Of a DNA stretch of 64,000 nt, positions 10,243-19,749 are shown in pieces (the first letter of the stretch is position 1; each line of letters opens with the position of its first letter). The notes beneath the pieces were generated by a model that saw only the letters and a program-made list of their open reading frames with translations, was not told where the DNA came from and did not search any database. Source of the DNA: Polyangiaceae bacterium (lineage in GTDB: Bacteria; Myxococcota_A; Polyangia; Polyangiales; Polyangiaceae); assembly GCA_035063585.1 (NCBI GenBank), contig JAPSGB010000023.1, positions 16,805-80,804 of the forward strand, in the 5' to 3' direction. The position numbers were made by a program, and so were the translations under genes.

Positions 10243-10502
10243 AGCGGTCGTCGCTCACGCTACTCGCGGCGGTCGTGGTCGCGTGCTCGCCCGGCAAGGG
10301 CGAAGCGCCGCCACCGGCCGCGAGCGCCCGGGTGGTGCCCGCGCCGCCGAACGCGCTCGGCGCTCAGGCCGCGAGCCGCACCGATCCGTCGGTGATGGTC
10401 GGGGGCTCGGCCGGCGCGGCCGGGGGCGGCGCCGAGGGCGACCCGCTCGCGCCGCCGGCCGCGCCGGCCGAGCCATCGGCAGACGCCGGGGTGCCGCTGT
10501 GA
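10239..10502 (+). CDS. Small Pro/Ala-rich lipoprotein
   Basis: MKRSSLTLLAAVVVAC lipobox; ATGA overlap with upstream gene. Confidence 0.6.
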   Translation: MKRSSLTLLAAVVVACSPGKGEAPPPAASARVVPAPPNALGAQAASRTDPSVMVGGSAGAAGGGAEGDPLAPPAAPAEPSADAGVPL

Positions 10503-10801
10503 AGCGAGGCCGCTTCGTCTGGCTCGCGCTCGCCGCTTGGGCGCTGGCGGGCTGCCCGGCGCATCGCGCGCCGCCCGCGGGGCCGCCGCCCGAGTACGAG
10601 CAGCCGGTGCTCCCGCCATGGGAGGCGGCCGCGCCGCCCGCGGACCCGCTCGACGAGGCGGACGAGCCGTCCGAGGACGACGCCGCCGCGCCGCCCTCCG
10701 CCGGCGCCGCGGACGCGGCCGCTCCCGTCGAAGGCGGGAGCGAAGGGGGAGGGGATGCCGGTGCGGCGCGGGAGCCGCGCGGGGTGACTCCCGGCGCGTG
10801 A
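10499..10801 (+). CDS. Small Pro/acidic lipoprotein
   Basis: (M)KRGRFVWLALAAWALAGC lipobox; GTGA overlap. Confidence 0.6.
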   Translation: MKRGRFVWLALAAWALAGCPAHRAPPAGPPPEYEQPVLPPWEAAAPPADPLDEADEPSEDDAAAPPSAGAADAAAPVEGGSEGGGDAGAAREPRGVTPGA

Positions 10802-10939
10802 CGTCGCGCGCCCGCGGCGGTGGCGGCCGCCGCCGGCGGCCAGCGTTCGCGCGCCACCGCTCTCGGGAATCTGGCTCGAAACCGCGCGGCACGCCGCCTG
10901 CATACCGCTCGGGAGGAGCTATACTGGAGGTCACGAGCC

Positions 10940-11281
10940 GTGGAACCCACCCGCTTGACGGTCACCATCCTGCGACAGATCCGCGACGGCGTGTCGGACG
11001 TGAGCGCGCGGCTCGACCAGACCAACGCGCGGCTCGACCAGACCAACACGCGGCTCGACCAGACCAACGCGCGGCTCGAGTCGATGCACGAGGAGTTGGC
11101 GCGTCGCATCGTCGAGTCGGAGCTTCGCACCGCGACCGCGCTCACCGAGCTCAGCGGCTCGGTCCGCGAGATGACCGCCACGCTACGGTCCGCGAGCGAG
11201 CTTCGGCCGCGGGTCGACCGCTGCGAGGGTGACGTCGCCGAGCTGCGCCACCGCGTCGAGCGGCTAGAGTCGGCGCGCTGA
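10940..11281 (+). CDS. Small coiled-coil protein with RLDQTN(A/T) heptad repeats
   Basis: GGAGG RBS; three 21-bp repeats encoding RLDQTNA/T; heptad pattern throughout. Confidence 0.7.
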   Translation: MEPTRLTVTILRQIRDGVSDVSARLDQTNARLDQTNTRLDQTNARLESMHEELARRIVESELRTATALTELSGSVREMTATLRSASELRPRVDRCEGDVAELRHRVERLESAR

Positions 11282-11410
11282 GCCCTCCGCCGCCCGCCAC
11301 GCCTCCGCGCGGGCGCCTCGAACCGCGCGCGCTGGCCGCCAGGCCCCGCGTGATCTAGGCTCGCGAGCGTTGTCACCCCGCGAGCAGGCACCTCCGACGA
11401 GGCCCGAGAC

Positions 11411-12658
11411 TTGAGCGACGTTCGTGAGCTCGCCGTTCGCGGTAAGCGCGCGGCGCGCGCCCTCGCCAAGCTCGGGAGCCGGCAGAAGGACGACGCGCTC
11501 CGCGCCCTCGGGCTCGCGCTGCGCGAGAGCGTGTCGCACGTCGTCGAGGCGAATCATGAGGATCTCGCCCGCGCGCGTGAGGCCGGTCTCGGCCGCGCGA
11601 TGCTCGAGCGGCTCACCCTCGACGCCGCGCAGCTCGAGCGAGTCGCGCTCGCCGTCGAGCACGTGATGGGGCTCGAGGATCCGGTCGGCGCGCGGCGCGA
11701 GATGCGCCGCCTCCCGAACGGGCTCCTCGTGGGCAAGGAGCGCGTCCCGCTCGGGCTCATCGCGATGATTTACGAGTCGCGCCCCGGGGTCACCGTGGAC
11801 GCCGCTTCGCTCGCGATCAAGAGCGGCAACGCGGTGCTCTTGCGCGGCGGCAAGGAGGCGTCCGCCACCAACGCGGTGCTCGGTGAGATTCTCGCCGAGG
11901 CGCTCGCGGAGGCGGGGCTCCCGCCGGAGGCCGCTCAGATCGTGCCGGCCACCGATCGCGAGGGCATCCGTGAGCTCCTCGGGCTGAGCGGGCTCGTGGA
12001 TCTGGCGATCCCGCGGGGAGGCGAGGGGCTCATCCGGTTCGTCGCCGAGCACGCGCGGGTACCGGTCATCAAGCACTACAAGGGTGTCTGTCACCTCTAC
12101 CTCGACGAGGGCTGCGAGCCGAGCATGGCGATCGCCCTCGCCGTGAATGGCAAGGCGCAGCGCCCGGGCGTGTGCAACGCGCTCGAGTGCCTGCTCGTGA
12201 ACGCCAAGGACGCGAGCGGGCTCCTGCCGCGGGTGGCCGACGCGCTCCTCGCGGCGGGTGTCGAGCTGCGCGGCTGTCCGCGCACGCTCGAGCTCGTGCC
12301 ACGCGCGAAGCCCGCCGCCGCGGAGGACTGGGGGGCGGAGTTCCTCGATTTGGTGCTCGCGGTTCGGGTGGTCGAGGATCTCGACGCCGCGCTCGAGCAC
12401 GTCGAGCGCTACGGCTCGCACCACAGTGAGGCGATCTGCACACCGAGCCACCAGCACGCCCAGCGCTGGCTCGCCGAGGTCGACGCGAGCTGCGTGCTCG
12501 TGAACGCCTCGACGCGCTTCAACGACGGCGGGGAGCTCGGGCTGGGCGCCGAGATCGGCATCTCCACCGACAAGCTTCACGCGTACGGCCCCATGGGGCT
12601 CGAGAGCCTCACCAGCGAGAAGTGGATCGTGCTCGGTGATGGTCAAACCCGAAGCTAG
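11411..12658 (+). CDS. proA: Glutamate-5-semialdehyde dehydrogenase
   Basis: VPLGLIAMIYESRPGVT, IKSGNAVLLRGGKEA, CNALECLLV, NASTRFNDGGELGLGAEIGIST, GPMGL. Confidence 0.97.
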   Translation: MSDVRELAVRGKRAARALAKLGSRQKDDALRALGLALRESVSHVVEANHEDLARAREAGLGRAMLERLTLDAAQLERVALAVEHVMGLEDPVGARREMRRLPNGLLVGKERVPLGLIAMIYESRPGVTVDAASLAIKSGNAVLLRGGKEASATNAVLGEILAEALAEAGLPPEAAQIVPATDREGIRELLGLSGLVDLAIPRGGEGLIRFVAEHARVPVIKHYKGVCHLYLDEGCEPSMAIALAVNGKAQRPGVCNALECLLVNAKDASGLLPRVADALLAAGVELRGCPRTLELVPRAKPAAAEDWGAEFLDLVLAVRVVEDLDAALEHVERYGSHHSEAICTPSHQHAQRWLAEVDASCVLVNASTRFNDGGELGLGAEIGISTDKLHAYGPMGLESLTSEKWIVLGDGQTRS

Positions 12659-12666
12659 AGTCACCC

Positions 12667-13107
12667 GTGAAACTGAAGAAGCCGAAGCGTCCTACCCCGA
12701 GCTCGTCGCGCCCTGGCGCGGTCCGCCTCACGCGCCCCGACACCGCCCGCGCGCAAGCCATCGCGCTCGAGGCCGCTCGAGCCGGGCTCGACAAGAAGGC
12801 CGGCGGAGTCGAGATCATCGACGTCACCGGCAAGGTCGACTACGCCGACTACCTGGTGGTCATGACCGGCCAGAGCGATCGGCACGTCGCCGCCATCGCC
12901 GACTCGGTCGAGGCCGAGCTGGCCAAGTCCGGCACGCGCGCCATCTCGACCGAGGGGCTGCCGGTCGCCGAGTGGGTGCTCATCGATTTCGTCGACGTGG
13001 TCGTGCACGTCTTCGTCGAGGAGCTGCGGAGCCTCTACGATCTGGACGGGCTGTGGATGGACGCGCGCCGGATCCCGGTGCCTGACGACGCGCCCGGCGG
13101 CGGGTGA
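12667..13107 (+). CDS. rsfS: Ribosome silencing factor RsfS (Iojap)
   Basis: DKKA..IIDV, DYLVVMTGQSDRHVAAIAD, WVLIDFVDVVVHVF, YDLDGLW. Confidence 0.95.
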   Translation: MKLKKPKRPTPSSSRPGAVRLTRPDTARAQAIALEAARAGLDKKAGGVEIIDVTGKVDYADYLVVMTGQSDRHVAAIADSVEAELAKSGTRAISTEGLPVAEWVLIDFVDVVVHVFVEELRSLYDLDGLWMDARRIPVPDDAPGGG

Positions 13108-13532
13108 GGCTCGTCGTCGTCGCGGTGGGTCGCATCCGCGAGCGCGCGCTCCGCGCGGTCGCGGACGACTACCTCGGGCGCGTCCGTCGCTACGCGCGCG
13201 CGGAGGAGGTCGAGGTCAAGGACGCCGCGGCGCTCGCGCGGAGCGTGCCCTCGGAGGCGCTGCTCGTCGCGCTCGAGGTCGACGGCGAGCGCCCCTCGAG
13301 CACCGCGCTCGCCCGCTCGCTCGAACGCTGGACGACGCGAGGAAAGGGCCTGGTCGCGTTCGTCATCGGCGGCGCGGAGGGGCTGCCCGGCGAGCTGTCG
13401 GCGCGCGCCGACGCGCGGCTCAGCCTCTCCAGCCTGACGCTTCCGCACCGACTCGCTCGCATCATCCTCTACGAGCAGCTCTACCGCGCCTTCACCATCC
13501 TGCGCGGGGAGCCCTACGCGCGCGAAGATTAG
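13104..13532 (+). CDS. rlmH: 23S rRNA (pseudouridine1915-N3)-methyltransferase RlmH
   Basis: VAVGR, FVIGGAEGL, LSLSSLTLPHRLARIILYEQLYRAFTILRGEPY. Confidence 0.95.
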   Translation: MRLVVVAVGRIRERALRAVADDYLGRVRRYARAEEVEVKDAAALARSVPSEALLVALEVDGERPSSTALARSLERWTTRGKGLVAFVIGGAEGLPGELSARADARLSLSSLTLPHRLARIILYEQLYRAFTILRGEPYARED

Positions 13533-13658
13533 GATGATGGCCGAGCGGCGAGCGTGCGGTCATTGGACCAGCGCCGACCGCCCGGCCCCGCCGATGAACC
13601 CGCGCGCCGCGGGCGCGCTCGCGGCCCGCGCCGCCGGCCGCGGGCGGACCGGCACCCC

Positions 13659-14435
13659 TCAGGCCGGCTTGCGCTTCTTGCCGAAGAGGTACGCGATTCC
13701 GATGCTCAGCCCGTAGAGCAGGCAGAGCGGGATGGCGAGCATGAACTGGCTCGTGATGTCGGGCGGAGTGAGGATGGCGGCGACCGTGAACGCGATGACG
13801 ATGAAGTAACGCGCGAACTTGATGAGGTGCGTGTGGTTCACGACGCCGGCGACCGACAAGAAGAACACTACGATGGGGAGCTCGAAGACCGAGCCGAAGG
13901 CGAGCAGCATCTGGGTCACGAGCTCGATGTAGTCTCCGATCATCACCGTCGGCATGACCTGGAAATCCGTGCTTCCGCCCACCGGGCCGCTGAAGCCGAG
14001 GAGGTAGCGGAACGCGACTGGGAACGCGAAGCGCCAGCCGAACCACCCGCCGACCGCGAAGAGCGCGCATGAGGACACCACGAACGGCATCGCGTAGCGC
14101 CGCTCGCGGGAGTAGAGGCCCGGCGCGATGAAGGCCCAGAGTTGGTAGAGGATGACCGGCAGCGAGAACACGAACCCGGCGAGCAGCGCGAGCTTCACGT
14201 AGGCGATGAAGAGCGAGGCGGGCGCCGGGAAATGGAGCGCCGCCTTGCCGCCGACCTGGGCCTCCGTCCACGCCTCGATGAACGGCGCCGTGAGCCAGAG
14301 CAAGAGCTGTTCGCGGAAGAGCCAGGCGAGCCCGGTCCCCACGCCGAACGCGAGCATGGCCTTGATGATGCGAAAGCGGAGCTCCTCGAGGTGCTCCCAG
14401 AAGGTCATCGTCCCGGCCTCGAGCTCGTCGCTCAT
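13659..14435 (-). CDS. tatC: Twin-arginine translocase subunit TatC
   Basis: MTFWEHLEELRFRII, YQLWAFIAPGLY, FELP, AAILTPPD. Confidence 0.96.
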   Translation of the reverse strand: MSDELEAGTMTFWEHLEELRFRIIKAMLAFGVGTGLAWLFREQLLLWLTAPFIEAWTEAQVGGKAALHFPAPASLFIAYVKLALLAGFVFSLPVILYQLWAFIAPGLYSRERRYAMPFVVSSCALFAVGGWFGWRFAFPVAFRYLLGFSGPVGGSTDFQVMPTVMIGDYIELVTQMLLAFGSVFELPIVVFFLSVAGVVNHTHLIKFARYFIVIAFTVAAILTPPDITSQFMLAIPLCLLYGLSIGIAYLFGKKRKPA

Positions 14436-14827
14436 GCGCTCTCTTCACCCTCGCGCAGGTCGTCGACGAGGTCGTCGGCGATGGCGCCGTAGCTGTCGGG
14501 CCCCTCGGGGGGATACTCGCGGAAGCGGTCGAGGTCGTAGACCTCGCGGTAAGGGTCGGCGTCCTCCTCCTCGTAGGCGCGCCGCTCGCGCCCCATCGCG
14601 ATGTCGCCGCGGAGCAAGCTGCGAAACTCGGTGATGCCGCCGTCGAGCCCCTCCTGGCGGAGCAGCTCGTCGATGCCCGTCTGGGCGCGCACCTGGCTCG
14701 TGAGGGTGCGGAGCTTGCGGAGGAAACGACCCGCGGTAAGGAGCATCGCGGGCAGCTTCTGCGGGCCTACCACGATGAGCAGGACCAGCGCGATCACCGT
14801 GATCTCGGTGAACGAGATGCCGAACAC
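14432..14827 (-). CDS. tatB: Twin-arginine translocase subunit TatB
   Basis: MFGISFTEITVIALVLLIVVGPQKLP; directly upstream of tatC. Confidence 0.88.
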   Translation of the reverse strand: MFGISFTEITVIALVLLIVVGPQKLPAMLLTAGRFLRKLRTLTSQVRAQTGIDELLRQEGLDGGITEFRSLLRGDIAMGRERRAYEEEDADPYREVYDLDRFREYPPEGPDSYGAIADDLVDDLREGEESA

Positions 14828-14880
14828 GGCGAGACGCTAGCTCGCTCGATAGTGGCGCGCAATCGCCGCGCGAGGGGGCG

Positions 14881-17052
14881 TCAGGGCGACAGCCAGACCG
14901 GGTTCGTGAACGCGAAGGGGTAGACGCCGGGCGCGAACACGTTCTCGAGCGGCTTCTTCCCGCGCGCGAGCACCACCACGAAGGTCGACCCGGAGAAGGT
15001 GAGCTCGAAGGTGGTGTCGAGGCGGACCACCTCGCGCGAGGGCGGCACCGCGAAGAAGCGGACGCGGCGCCCCTCACCACCGAGCAGGACCTCGACCTCG
15101 CTCACGTCGATCCAGGGGGCGGCGCGGATCCGCAGGTGGACCGGGACCCGGGGCCCGCGCCCGGAGATCGCCTCGCCGGGGCCGGCGCCGCCGGCCTCGA
15201 GGTCGATGATCGGACCGCTCGTGACGGTGACTCGCCCGGCCCGGATCGCGGCGACCACCGCCGCGGGATCGGCGTTGACGTCATCGGCGTCGCTCGCGGC
15301 ATCCCCCCAGCGGATTAGGTTACGCGGGACGCCCGGATCGAGAAAAAAGAGCTTGTGCGAGTCGCTGTTGCCGGTCGCCGTGTAGCGGCGGCCCTGGCCG
15401 AGCAGGTGCAGCCAGTCGAAGAGCACCTTTCGGATCCTCGGCACGCTCACTTGATCGAGCCCGTTGAAGATCTCGATGGCGTCGAAGCTCGGGTCGTACT
15501 CGTCCGAGGAGCTGGCTGGAACGCGGCCGGTCGCCGGATCGAGCTTGTAGAAATGGAAGTAGCCGAGGTCGGCCATGCGCGGGTGGTTTGCGGTGAGGAG
15601 CCCGCGCGGGTTTGCCGCCCGCGCCTCGGCGAACATGCGCTTCGGGGTGGTGTCCGTGAAACCGATGCGGGCGCCCGGCTCGAGCGGGAAGTATCCGAAG
15701 TGTCCGAAGCGACGCCCCACCGGGCTGAGCTCGGTGCCGCGGAGGGTGAGGACGTGGCTCGCGAGCTCCCCCTTGCACTCGAGCGCGCGGACGGTCGGCG
15801 CCAGATCGGTCACGGTGAAGTGGTCGGTCGCCACCGCGAGCTCGACGCCCTCGGCGGCGACCGAGAGCACGCGCGCCGCGTGCGCGATGTCGGCGTCCAC
15901 GCTCGCGGCCTGGTGAAGGTGGAGATCGCCCGAGATCCACCCCGGAGTCTCGATGACCCGCGGGAGCGTGCCCTCCACGCGCGCGACGGCCCCCGCCGCG
16001 ATGTCGACCGTCCACCGCGCCGCGTCGCGCTCGATGCCGGCGGTCGCCATCACCGAGTAGCGCCCCGGCGGCAGCGCGCGCGCGAAGCGCCCGGTGCCGC
16101 TCCACACGAAGCGGCCCGCGCCGTCGGTGCCACCGTCGCTCCCGAAATCGGGGGTGCGGGTGCCCGCGAGGCCCGCGAGCGAGAGCTTGGCGGCGAGCGG
16201 CTTGCCCGCCTCGTCGCGGACCGTCACCTCGAGCGTCCCGGTCGCGCTCGACGGCTTCGCGGGCGACTCGGCGATAGGGGAGTAGGCGAGGCTGCGCGTC
16301 ACCACGAGGCTCTCGCCGGGGCCGAGGCTGCCGGTCGCGTAGGTCGTGTAGATCGCCGGGGCGAGGCCGTGCTGCAGCGTCGTGAACTTCAGGCTCATCG
16401 GGTCACGCGTCGAGAGCACCAGATCTCCGCCGGCCCCCTTGCGGCCAATCCAGCGCGCGCGCCCGCTGAAGTTCTCTCCGGCGCGCCCCACGCCGCCGAC
16501 GTAGTAGCTCACGTTGCCCCACTTCACCGCGTCTCCCACGCCGATCGCCGAGAGGCGTCCGCCGTCCTTGTGGCGGAGGGTGGTCGTGATGTCGATGCGC
16601 GGTGCGGTCGCGTCGAGCGCGTAGCGCGTGACGATCTCGAGCCGCCCGGCGCCGAGGCCGAGCGTCGAGGTCGCCTCGACGGCCCCGTCCGCGTCTCGCA
16701 CCGTCTCGGCGACCACGTTGTACATCGCGCCGGCCGTGGTCACGATCGGGTGGAGCTGCCAGAGGCCGTCGATGAAGGTGTGGTCGCCGAGCTGCGGCGC
16801 GCTCGGCAAGACCGGCGGAACCGGCCAGAAGTCGAGCAGCCAGCCGTCGCTCCGGCGCACCACGCCGACCGCCGACGGGTTCGCGAAGGCGAAATCGCCG
16901 GGCTCGCCGGTGACGCGCAGCCTGCCCGCGAGGAGCGCGGCGTCGGCCGGGAACGGCGCGCTCGTCCCCGGGGCGCTGGGCTCGCTCGGCGCGCTGGCCG
17001 CGGTCGCCGCCGCGAGGAGCGCGAGCGCGCCACGAGTCTTCCAACGCATCAT
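14881..17052 (-). CDS. Secreted CehA/McbA-family (PHP-like) metallohydrolase
   Basis: Signal peptide; GDLHLHQ, ATDH, GTE, GHF, NHP, GNSDSH motifs; C-terminal FAFTNPVW. Confidence 0.8.
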   Translation of the reverse strand: MMRWKTRGALALLAAATAASAPSEPSAPGTSAPFPADAALLAGRLRVTGEPGDFAFANPSAVGVVRRSDGWLLDFWPVPPVLPSAPQLGDHTFIDGLWQLHPIVTTAGAMYNVVAETVRDADGAVEATSTLGLGAGRLEIVTRYALDATAPRIDITTTLRHKDGGRLSAIGVGDAVKWGNVSYYVGGVGRAGENFSGRARWIGRKGAGGDLVLSTRDPMSLKFTTLQHGLAPAIYTTYATGSLGPGESLVVTRSLAYSPIAESPAKPSSATGTLEVTVRDEAGKPLAAKLSLAGLAGTRTPDFGSDGGTDGAGRFVWSGTGRFARALPPGRYSVMATAGIERDAARWTVDIAAGAVARVEGTLPRVIETPGWISGDLHLHQAASVDADIAHAARVLSVAAEGVELAVATDHFTVTDLAPTVRALECKGELASHVLTLRGTELSPVGRRFGHFGYFPLEPGARIGFTDTTPKRMFAEARAANPRGLLTANHPRMADLGYFHFYKLDPATGRVPASSSDEYDPSFDAIEIFNGLDQVSVPRIRKVLFDWLHLLGQGRRYTATGNSDSHKLFFLDPGVPRNLIRWGDAASDADDVNADPAAVVAAIRAGRVTVTSGPIIDLEAGGAGPGEAISGRGPRVPVHLRIRAAPWIDVSEVEVLLGGEGRRVRFFAVPPSREVVRLDTTFELTFSGSTFVVVLARGKKPLENVFAPGVYPFAFTNPVWLSP

Positions 17053-17110
17053 CCCGGCGCTATCTGCACCCGTGGACCCCGGCTCGCAAGTAGGACTAAC
17101 CTGGGCACCG

Positions 17111-18397
17111 ATGCGGCTCGGGACGACGGCGATGGCGGCGCTCGCGCTCGCCGCGGTGGCCCCGGTCGCCGCCGCCTCTCCGGCGGACCTCTTCGGCTTC
17201 GGCCCCGAGAGCCAGTCGATGGGGGGCACCGGGGCGGCGGTCGGACGGGGCTTCGGCGCCGCGTACGGCAACCCGGCGCTCCTCTCGCGCTCGCGCTCGC
17301 GTGAGCTGTCGCTCGGCTATCAGCTCGCGCGCTTCTCGCTCCGCGCCGACGGCCCGCGCGCGCCGGGCCCGCTCGGCGTCGAGGGGCTCAGCGGGACGTA
17401 CATCGGCGCGGTCCTGCCCATCCCCTTCGGCGGCGTGCTCGAGCATCGGCTGGTCGCGGGCCTCGGCGCCTTCACCCCGCGCTCGCTCATCGCGCGGGCG
17501 CGGCTCCTCTACCCGGAGCGGCCGCAGTTCCCGGTGCTCGCGGATCGCGCGCAGACGCTCGAGTTCACCATGGGCCTCGGCGCCGATCTCGGTCATGGCG
17601 TCCGGGTCGGCGCGGGCGCGCGCGCGCTGGCCGAGCTGGTCGGCACGGTCGTCGTTCGCACCGACACCTCGGGGCGCGTGGGCACCGTGGTCGACGATCA
17701 GCTGGTCGCCACCTACGCGCCGGTGGTGGGCGTAGCCGCCGAGCTCGGTCGCGGCTGGGAGGCAGGGCTCACCTGGCGCGGCGCGCTGTCGGCGGAGTTC
17801 CAAGTGCTGGTCGAGGTGCACGATCTCGGGCAGCTCGTGATACCGGATCTCCACATCGACGGCGTCGCGCAGTACGATCCGAGTGAGCTGCAGGCCGAGG
17901 TCGGCAAGCGTCTCGGGCCGGTCCTGCTCGCCGCCGGGGCGACCTACAAGCGCTGGTCGTCGTTTCCCGGTTGGACGCGTCCCACGGTGGAGTGCCCGCC
18001 GTCGCGCCCCGACTGCCTCGCGCTCCGGACGGCGCCGGTTGGCTTCCACGACACGGTCGTCCCGCGTCTCGGCGCGGAGCTCACGCTCCCGCTCGCGCGC
18101 TCGTCGGAGGCGCACCTGCGCGGCGGCTGGTTCTTCGAGCCGAGCCCCGTGCCGGAGCAGACCGGCGCTTCCAACTATTTCGACGACGCTCGGCACGCGT
18201 TCACGATCGGCTACGGCGTCACGCTCGTCGAGCCCTTGCCGCCGGTGTCGGTGGACGCCTTCTTCCAAGAGCACCTCCTCGTCTCGCGCACCCACCAGAA
18301 GGGAGCGGGCGTCGATCCCGCGAACCCGGGCGCCCCCGCCGTGAAGAGCTCGGGATCCGTGCAGAACTTCGGGGTGGTCCTGGGGGTGAGGTTTTGA
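17111..18397 (+). CDS. FadL/OmpP1-like outer-membrane transporter
   Basis: Signal peptide; FGFGPESQSMGG..A...NPALL hatch motif; PRLGAE, GWFFEPSPVP; C-terminal Phe. Confidence 0.8.
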   Translation: MRLGTTAMAALALAAVAPVAAASPADLFGFGPESQSMGGTGAAVGRGFGAAYGNPALLSRSRSRELSLGYQLARFSLRADGPRAPGPLGVEGLSGTYIGAVLPIPFGGVLEHRLVAGLGAFTPRSLIARARLLYPERPQFPVLADRAQTLEFTMGLGADLGHGVRVGAGARALAELVGTVVVRTDTSGRVGTVVDDQLVATYAPVVGVAAELGRGWEAGLTWRGALSAEFQVLVEVHDLGQLVIPDLHIDGVAQYDPSELQAEVGKRLGPVLLAAGATYKRWSSFPGWTRPTVECPPSRPDCLALRTAPVGFHDTVVPRLGAELTLPLARSSEAHLRGGWFFEPSPVPEQTGASNYFDDARHAFTIGYGVTLVEPLPPVSVDAFFQEHLLVSRTHQKGAGVDPANPGAPAVKSSGSVQNFGVVLGVRF

Positions 18398-19749
18398 TGG
18401 GGTGCCGGTCCGGCGCGGTCCCGGCGTTGACGCTCGCGGCGGTCGCCCTGCTCACCGCGAGCGCGCGCGCGAACCCCGCCGACACGTTCGGGCTCGGCTC
18501 GCGCTCGACCGCGATGGGCGGCGCGGTGAGCGCGAGCGTCACGGACTTCTCGGCGAACTACTATAACCCCTCCGGGCTCGCGCTCGCCCGCGGCACCGAC
18601 CTCTCGGTAGGCTACCTGGCGGTGGAGCAGCACCTCTCGATGAACGGAGAGGACAGCCGCGTCGATCCGGTGCACGGCGTGGTGGGCGGCGCGGTCGCCC
18701 GCGGCGACGTGCTCGGGATGCCCTTCGCGTTCGGGCTCGCCACGCACTTGCCGAACGATCGCCTCTCGCGCGCGCGGACCGTGCGGCTCGATCAGCCGCG
18801 CTTCATCCTCTACGACAACCGGCCGCAGCTCCTCTACCTGTCGACCAACCTGGCGTTTCGTCCGGCGCCCTGGCTCGCCATCGGCGGCGGCGTGACCTTC
18901 CTCGCCGCGACCCGCGGGTCGTTCAACATCACCGGCACCGCGGTGCTCCCCGATAGTCTCGGACGCCGCTCCGAGTACGACTCGCAGCTCCGGCACGAGG
19001 TCGACGCCGATCTCACGGCGGTGCGCTACCCCGAGGCCGGCGTCACCGTGAGGCCGGCGGACTGGCTCGCGCTGGCGCTCGTCTACCGTGGCCAGGCGCG
19101 CGTGAACCTCGAGATTTCCGCGCTGCTCGACGGCGACGTGGACGCCGGGCTCCTCACCGTGCCTGCCACCTATACCCTGGTGAGCCGCACCGTGAACATC
19201 TTCGTCCCGCAGCAGGCCGTGCTCGGCGCGAGCGTGCACCCGCTCGAGGAGCTCGAGATCGGGCTCGATCTCACCTGGGTGGATTGGTCGAGCTATGAGA
19301 GCCCGGTGAGCCGCACCGCGACCGAGCTCGACGTGCCGCTCACGAGCCTGCTCCCGCCGCCCACCAAGCCCTCGCCCGAGATCGAGCCGGGGTTCCTCGG
19401 CCGCATCGTCCCGCGGCTCGGCGTCGAGTATCGCTGGAGGGTGGCGGCGGCCTTCGAGCTCCCGCTGCGCGCTGGCTACGTCTACGAGCGGTCGCCCGTG
19501 CCGGAGCAGCGCGGCCAGACGAACTTCGTCGACCTGGATCGACACCTGCTCTCGCTCGGCGCCGGGGTGGTGTGGAAGGAGCCGGGTGAGGTGCTCCCGG
19601 GCGATCTCCGCCTCGACGCGCACGTCATGTACGGGATCCTGCCGACGCGCGTGACGCTGAAAGACAGTCCGGCGGATTTCACGGGTGACTATCGCGCGAG
19701 CGGCGACATGCTCGGGCTGGGCGCCACGCTCTCGGTGGGGTTTCGATGA
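18397..19749 (+). CDS. FadL/OmpP1-like outer-membrane transporter (tandem paralog)
   Basis: FGLGSRSTAMGGA...NYYNPSGL; PRLGVEY, GYVYERSPVP; TGATG coupling to upstream gene. Confidence 0.82.
   Translation: MGCRSGAVPALTLAAVALLTASARANPADTFGLGSRSTAMGGAVSASVTDFSANYYNPSGLALARGTDLSVGYLAVEQHLSMNGEDSRVDPVHGVVGGAVARGDVLGMPFAFGLATHLPNDRLSRARTVRLDQPRFILYDNRPQLLYLSTNLAFRPAPWLAIGGGVTFLAATRGSFNITGTAVLPDSLGRRSEYDSQLRHEVDADLTAVRYPEAGVTVRPADWLALALVYRGQARVNLEISALLDGDVDAGLLTVPATYTLVSRTVNIFVPQQAVLGASVHPLEELEIGLDLTWVDWSSYESPVSRTATELDVPLTSLLPPPTKPSPEIEPGFLGRIVPRLGVEYRWRVAAAFELPLRAGYVYERSPVPEQRGQTNFVDLDRHLLSLGAGVVWKEPGEVLPGDLRLDAHVMYGILPTRVTLKDSPADFTGDYRASGDMLGLGATLSVGFR

Noticed and set aside
11005..11078. Shared 12-mer gcgcggctcgac with the helicase repeat, suggesting a mobile repeat
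   Set aside because: Short GC-rich match, opposite coding strands and different peptides; chance is sufficient.
14881..17052. Hydrolase as a dedicated Tat substrate because it adjoins tatBC
   Set aside because: Its signal peptide lacks a twin-arginine motif, and tatB has its own TAGCGT element.
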